Assembly: GCA_048882505.1 (NCBI GenBank)
Contig: JBHLRO010000005.1
Coordinates: 180,001 to 212,000, forward strand
Length of the DNA stretch: 32,000 nucleotides
DNA from: Candidatus Thorarchaeota archaeon
Lineage (GTDB): Archaea; Asgardarchaeota; Heimdallarchaeia; Hodarchaeales; Hodarchaeaceae
Reading direction: 5' to 3'
Shown: piece after piece, positions 27,984 to 32,000 of the stretch
Layout of the letters: each line of letters opens with the position of its first letter
Position numbering within the stretch: the first letter of the stretch is position 1
The notes under the pieces: model-generated
What the model saw: the letters and a program-made list of their open reading frames with translations, nothing else
What the model was told of the DNA's origin: nothing
Databases searched by the model: none
Made by a program: the position numbers and the translations under genes

Positions 27984-29003
27984 TTACATAAATCCTCTTT
28001 CTAAGAGCTGATTCCATGTGATTTGGCCGAAGAGATATAAAAATTCTTGAAATGTGATCAGCGGACGGTTATATCTAATGATGTCATCCAAAGCTATACG
28101 GGGACAAGCTGTGTTTACCCAGGCATCAATCCATGTGAAATTAGCCAGATACGAAGGCGTTATTGTTTTTCCCACTAGTTCAACAAACGTAAATTTTGTT
28201 TCACTTAGTATCCTGGAGGCACGCTTATGGGGATTTGGTTGCCATTGTCCATGCTTAAGGCTGCTTACTATTCCCCAGGTTGTCGCCTTTCGTGCCTTCT
28301 CAATTACCGCAAACCGCTTTTTGATCAGTGCATTCCTTTCTGAGATTGTGTACAATGATAGATCACCAGTGAAGGGATCAATCTGAAGGATCGGCCAAGA
28401 AGTTAAGAAAAGCAAGGCTCTTGTATGGAAATTTCCTGGGTGAAGACTAACGATACCGTCAATATCGTTGGCTCCGAATTCGGTCTTTGATTTGCCAATG
28501 TAACAACCCAAAATTTGCCCACCTTGCTGAGAAATGGTAGATTCGATTTGATGTGCTTCGAACTGATGTTTTATGTTGTGTAAATACATCATATGCTGAG
28601 CGGTGGCAGTTAATCCCACTTTTTTCCAATTTAGCTCTCTAATCTTGTTAATTATTTTTGGGAAGTCAATTCGATAATTCTCAATGCGAGCAGGAACCAA
28701 TACCACATCTATCATATTTTCAGCACTGTGTACCCGCTGTTCAAAACCAAAGGAAGTGTGACCATAATGGATTAAGGCATCTACCTCCAGTTCAATCGCT
28801 GTATCAACCGCAAGATCACAAACTCCATAAGATGGCTCACCTTCCACAAATACGGTAATATTCAGTGCCTTTAATGCCGAGAGAACTTCTTGGAGAGGAT
28901 GATTCAACATCCCCTCTGGCATCTGGACAAGGACTCTATTCCATCCCTTATTTTGAATAGTCTTCGTTAATGAAGGAATGTCGAGGTCATAATCGATTTT
29001 CAC
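27984..29003 (-). CDS. dph2: Diphthamide biosynthesis enzyme Dph2 (radical-SAM-type, 4Fe-4S)
   Basis: VLVQMPEG, YGVCD, IHYGH, GQILGC and NTACPRI supply the three cluster-ligating Cys. Start moved to GTG 29003; the track's extension to 29225 overlaps the divergent gene. Confidence 0.9.
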   Translation of the reverse strand: MKIDYDLDIPSLTKTIQNKGWNRVLVQMPEGMLNHPLQEVLSALKALNITVFVEGEPSYGVCDLAVDTAIELEVDALIHYGHTSFGFEQRVHSAENMIDVVLVPARIENYRIDFPKIINKIRELNWKKVGLTATAQHMMYLHNIKHQFEAHQIESTISQQGGQILGCYIGKSKTEFGANDIDGIVSLHPGNFHTRALLFLTSWPILQIDPFTGDLSLYTISERNALIKKRFAVIEKARKATTWGIVSSLKHGQWQPNPHKRASRILSETKFTFVELVGKTITPSYLANFTWIDAWVNTACPRIALDDIIRYNRPLITFQEFLYLFGQITWNQLLERGFM

Positions 29004-29068
29004 GCTGTTTTCATCCACTATTCCGTCTAAATACAACCGAGGGGGAAAAAAATTATAAGAGTGATTTA

Positions 29069-30010
29069 GTGAAACCGGAAATCGTGTTGGATACCTTACT
29101 TGAATCAGCTGGAATTGTCTCAGAAGGTCAACGGATAAAACTGCTTTGTGCCCCAGACTACATTTTTTTTCGAACACATAGTCATATGCTCTATCGAGAG
29201 TTTCGTGGTATCCCCAAGTACTCAATTATTACCCGAAAAATTACGGAAAAAAGCTACAATTGGAAAACAACACCGAAAGAATGCTCTTTAAAGTCTCTCT
29301 ATATCATTGACGGTTCCACAGGTCTTAAGACAGCCCCTTTTTTCTTTCAATTGGCAAGCCATTTAAGAATTTCTATTGTTGGATCAAACATCAACTTTTT
29401 TGTCCTTCCCCGGCTAAGATTCGAAAGTGCTTCAAATCCTAAACTGGTCTTCAAACCTTATCATCCATATTATCTCATTAGCAGTCATCTTCATAGGCAT
29501 AAGCCGGTAGATGATAGGGGATTGGAAACAAAGGCAGTCATACTTCCACCCTCCTCTCAGCTGTTCCTAGAAGAAGAGAACTCGGTTCCGCCCAAAAACG
29601 CGATAGCTATCGGGGCTACTGGTGACGTGAGCGACTTCTTTCCAACCTCATTTGATATTTTGAGAGTAAATTTAGGTGATCTGATCGAATACGATCAACA
29701 CCTCGATTTAGGTGCGAATCTAAGGGAACAGATATTAAATAAGCTCGAGCTCCTAATCTCGGCCTTTAATATTCCCTGCGTGCTTGTTTCAGTTTATAAA
29801 ATTGCAAAGTTCCTGAACTCCCTGGGCGGTAAAAGCTCAGTTGCTTCGCAGATGGCTAGGGTTCAAGAAATATGCAATTCATGGAGATTTTCAGAAGTTC
29901 TTCTCGTAAATAATGAGAAACGAAGGATTTGGGATTTGATTTCTCTACATACGCTCCCTGAGGTATATGACAAGTACGCTTACCTAGTTTTCTTCAATCC
30001 CTCGAAATGA
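29069..30010 (+). CDS. Hypothetical protein; possibly a degenerate metallo-beta-lactamase/beta-CASP fold
   Basis: In-frame GTG 29069 with GAGTGA upstream. Weak motif echoes: DYIFFRTHSHMLY (cf. HxHxDH), AIGATG (cf. TGW) and YDQHLD (cf. SDHAD). Confidence 0.45.
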   Translation: MKPEIVLDTLLESAGIVSEGQRIKLLCAPDYIFFRTHSHMLYREFRGIPKYSIITRKITEKSYNWKTTPKECSLKSLYIIDGSTGLKTAPFFFQLASHLRISIVGSNINFFVLPRLRFESASNPKLVFKPYHPYYLISSHLHRHKPVDDRGLETKAVILPPSSQLFLEEENSVPPKNAIAIGATGDVSDFFPTSFDILRVNLGDLIEYDQHLDLGANLREQILNKLELLISAFNIPCVLVSVYKIAKFLNSLGGKSSVASQMARVQEICNSWRFSEVLLVNNEKRRIWDLISLHTLPEVYDKYAYLVFFNPSK

Positions 30011-30123
30011 GAGATCCATTTTCAGAACCTAGGTTTTAGAATCGATTTTTGAAAACTCTGAAAACCGCATAATCTGCACGACTAAACCCCATGCTCGTCT
30101 CCGACAATAATACCTAAGCACAG

Positions 30124-30141
30124 TACCTTTTTAAAAAGGTA
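30124..30141. promoter_or_regulatory. Perfect 18-bp palindrome; candidate operator overlapping a TATA-like element
   Basis: TACCTTTTTAAAAAGGTA is its own reverse complement and lies 160 nt upstream of the coiled-coil/wHTH gene. Confidence 0.4.
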
Positions 30142-30208
30142 TGAAAAAGTAAAGAGAGAATAAACAACAAGTATAAATGAAGCGACAGATGTAGCGAAAG
30201 CAGGAGGT

Positions 30209-30245
30209 GACGTAGGATACGTTTTCGACAGCAATGTCCTACGTT
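30209..30245 (+). other. RNA hairpin in the leader of the coiled-coil/wHTH gene
   Basis: GACGTAGGATA (30209-30219) pairs with TGTCCTACGTT (30235-30245): 11 bp including two G-U pairs. Confidence 0.4.
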
Positions 30246-30300
30246 AGGCTTGAATTAAATCGATTCGACGGATTTACCATCGAAGGAAGGTTGTTTATAA

Positions 30301-30837
30301 ATGAGCGATGAACCCCTGGAAATAGATGAGATTATTCCTACAATTGAGAGAGTTAAATCTACTCTCATGCTACAAAACGAGAAACTTCTAAATATGAGAA
30401 AGGAACTAGAAGCGAAAGAAACAGAAATTGAGATTAAAGAAAAGGAAATCGCAGCACGGGAAAAGGCGCTTGAGGAAGCTCATTTACGTCGCCAACAGCT
30501 CGAATTTGACTATATGAATCTAGAGAACGAGCTCAAAAAGATCTCCGAACTGTATCAAGAAATGACTGGTAGAGAGGAGGCATCATTAGATGTCAAACAG
30601 TTACTCGGGATCTACATTGCCCTCTTAGAAAAGGTTTTCGCGGGTCAGCCCCATGCGAAGATCCTCTACCTACTTCACGGCGATAAATCAGAAATGACGC
30701 GTGAAGAGCTTACCAAGGCGAGTGGAGTTTCCGCAGCTATAGTACTTCACTCGATCCATGAACTTCATCGGGCGGAGCTTGTAACGTGGGATGAAGAAGC
30801 TGGGCTTGTGCAGTTAACAAATCGTATTTTTGAATAG
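30301..30837 (+). CDS. Coiled-coil protein with C-terminal winged helix-turn-helix
   Basis: E/K-rich heptad region at aa ~15-90. HAKILYLLH...MTREELTKASGVSAAIVLHSIHELHRAELVTWD...VQL is a wHTH pattern. Confidence 0.8.
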   Translation: MSDEPLEIDEIIPTIERVKSTLMLQNEKLLNMRKELEAKETEIEIKEKEIAAREKALEEAHLRRQQLEFDYMNLENELKKISELYQEMTGREEASLDVKQLLGIYIALLEKVFAGQPHAKILYLLHGDKSEMTREELTKASGVSAAIVLHSIHELHRAELVTWDEEAGLVQLTNRIFE

Positions 30838-30948
30838 CTCTTCTGGTCGGAGACCTATTCGGTTATAGAGACTCCCGGTGCTATGTCGATATTATCCCAT
30901 GATTTATCTTGTTCAAACTTCAATATACCTGATATGCTGGCTGGTAAC

Positions 30949-32000
30949 ATGCAGATTAACTTTATAGAGGAGTTTTTGCTTTTCCTGGAGGTAGAGAAGA
31001 ACTATTCGGCAAAAACAATTAAGGAATATTCGTATGATCTGGAATTATTCAAACAATCCTTATCGTCTGAAGGGTTGGACAAGAAGATCGAGAAGGCAAC
31101 TACGACAGATGTTCGCCGTTTCCTCCTTTTTCTAAAACGGGATAAAGATTACGCTCCACGAAGTCTGCATAGGAAAATATGCGCTCTAAAATCGTTTTAT
31201 AAGTACCTAAGAAAAGCAGGTTATATTACTACTAATCCAGTAGAACAGATAGAATCTCCAAAAATACCCAAATCCTTGCCAAAGACGGTTACAGTTGATG
31301 AAGTCTTTCGACTCCTATCGTCTCCAGGAGGAGAACGTGATGCCTCAATCCTGTATTTACTTAGAAACGAAATTAATCTACCCCAAAGTAACATGGGTGC
31401 CAATTTTCAGTTCAATCTTGCGACGGACACAATCCTTATTGAAAATAACAACGGGTATGCCAACAGTTTAATTCCCATTCCTGAGCTGATACTCTCAGTT
31501 TTACAAACTAGGCAAAAGACTGAACCAATGGAAAAAAACAATACAATATCGCTTTTCGAGATGTTAACCAAGCTCTCCAGCCCTATAAATCTCAGAGACA
31601 AGACTATCTTGTACCTGCTTTACGGTACAGGATTACGGGTGTCAGAACTTAGTAATTTGAACACGGAACATATTGATATCCCTAATAGAGTCATCCGTGT
31701 TGAAGGCGGGAAAGGCAACAAAGATCGGATTATTCCGTTACCAGACCTGCTTGTGCCTATTCTTACAGAATACATATCTTCTTACTTCAGTAAATTCAAT
31801 CGTAAGGATTCAGCATTGATATTAAACCAGAGGGGAACTCGCTTAACTCCACGCTCCATTCAACGCATTGTCAAAAAGCATAGGAAGCTAGCTGGATTAA
31901 ACGACAAGAGACTTACTCCTCATACCTTACGGCACGCATTTGCAACTCATCTTCTCTCCAACTCGGTTGACATTCGAGTAATACAAGAATTATTGGGTCA
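30949..32000 (+). CDS. xerA: XerA/XerC-D-like tyrosine recombinase with internal insertion (3' end runs off the window)
   Basis: Manual translation, absent from the track. N-terminal SAM-like domain (FLEVEKNYSAKTIKEYSYDL...ALKSFYKYL), then LYGTGLRVSEL, GGKGNKDR, TPHTLRHAFATHLL and IQELLG(H). Alternative ATG at 30934. Confidence 0.9.
   Translation, partial: MQINFIEEFLLFLEVEKNYSAKTIKEYSYDLELFKQSLSSEGLDKKIEKATTTDVRRFLLFLKRDKDYAPRSLHRKICALKSFYKYLRKAGYITTNPVEQIESPKIPKSLPKTVTVDEVFRLLSSPGGERDASILYLLRNEINLPQSNMGANFQFNLATDTILIENNNGYANSLIPIPELILSVLQTRQKTEPMEKNNTISLFEMLTKLSSPINLRDKTILYLLYGTGLRVSELSNLNTEHIDIPNRVIRVEGGKGNKDRIIPLPDLLVPILTEYISSYFSKFNRKDSALILNQRGTRLTPRSIQRIVKKHRKLAGLNDKRLTPHTLRHAFATHLLSNSVDIRVIQELLG
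31318..31833 (+). repeat. Degenerate intragenic duplication (258-nt offset) within the recombinase
   Basis: SSPGGERDASILYLL...ILIENNNGYANSLIPIPELILSVL versus SSPINLRDKTILYLL...VIRVEGGKGNKDRIIPLPDLLVPIL. The ILYLL-to-IP spacing is 36 versus 37 aa. Confidence 0.8.

Noticed and set aside
28970-29225. Apparent 256-bp antisense overlap between dph2 and the 346-aa ORF
   Set aside because: It is an artefact of longest-ORF starts. In-frame GTGs at 29003 (-) and 29069 (+) have RBS-like motifs and give a normal divergent pair, and Dph2 homology starts near 29003.
1416-31601. Many 60-135 aa ORFs in the track nested in or antisense to longer genes (e.g. 4177-4425, 13629-14036, 20997-21317, 22584-22988, 28054-28386, 31221-31403, 31407-31601)
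   Set aside because: Shadow ORFs lying within well-supported genes, with no motifs of their own.
30838-32000. Recombinase as the integrase of a provirus or island; dif/att site nearby
   Set aside because: No tRNA, direct repeat, cargo genes or compositional shift in the window, and no 11-6-11 inverted repeat was seen by eye. Sequence beyond 32000 is not visible, so this is not fully excluded.

Overview
Gene-dense, AT-rich archaeal chromosomal segment. It is most likely an Asgard archaeon (Heimdallarchaeia-like). This is an inference from archaeal housekeeping genes (aIF-1A, Dph2, AlaX-M, KaiC/RAD55-type ATPase, XerA-like recombinase, GGTGA ribosome-binding sites) occurring with several eukaryote-like genes. 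I found no rRNA, tRNA, CRISPR array or clear mobile element. The strongest unexplained signals are: (i) a 362-aa protein with the full tripartite DENN architecture, most like C9orf72, 4.6 kb from a Rab-like GTPase, plus a tandem-longin protein elsewhere in the window; (ii) a protein with two complete PARP1-type zinc fingers and a probable winged helix but no catalytic domain; (iii) a XerA-like recombinase carrying an 86-aa degenerate duplicate of the first half of its own catalytic domain; (iv) an alpha/beta-hydrolase fused to a C2-like domain; (v) a multi-pass membrane protein with a sequon-rich helical ectodomain. Four CDS missing from the supplied ORF track were read manually: the GTPase and recombinase at the window edges, a 47-aa ORF, and a CTG-initiated ribbon-helix-helix gene. 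All family assignments come from motif recognition and remembered reference sequences; no database search was run.
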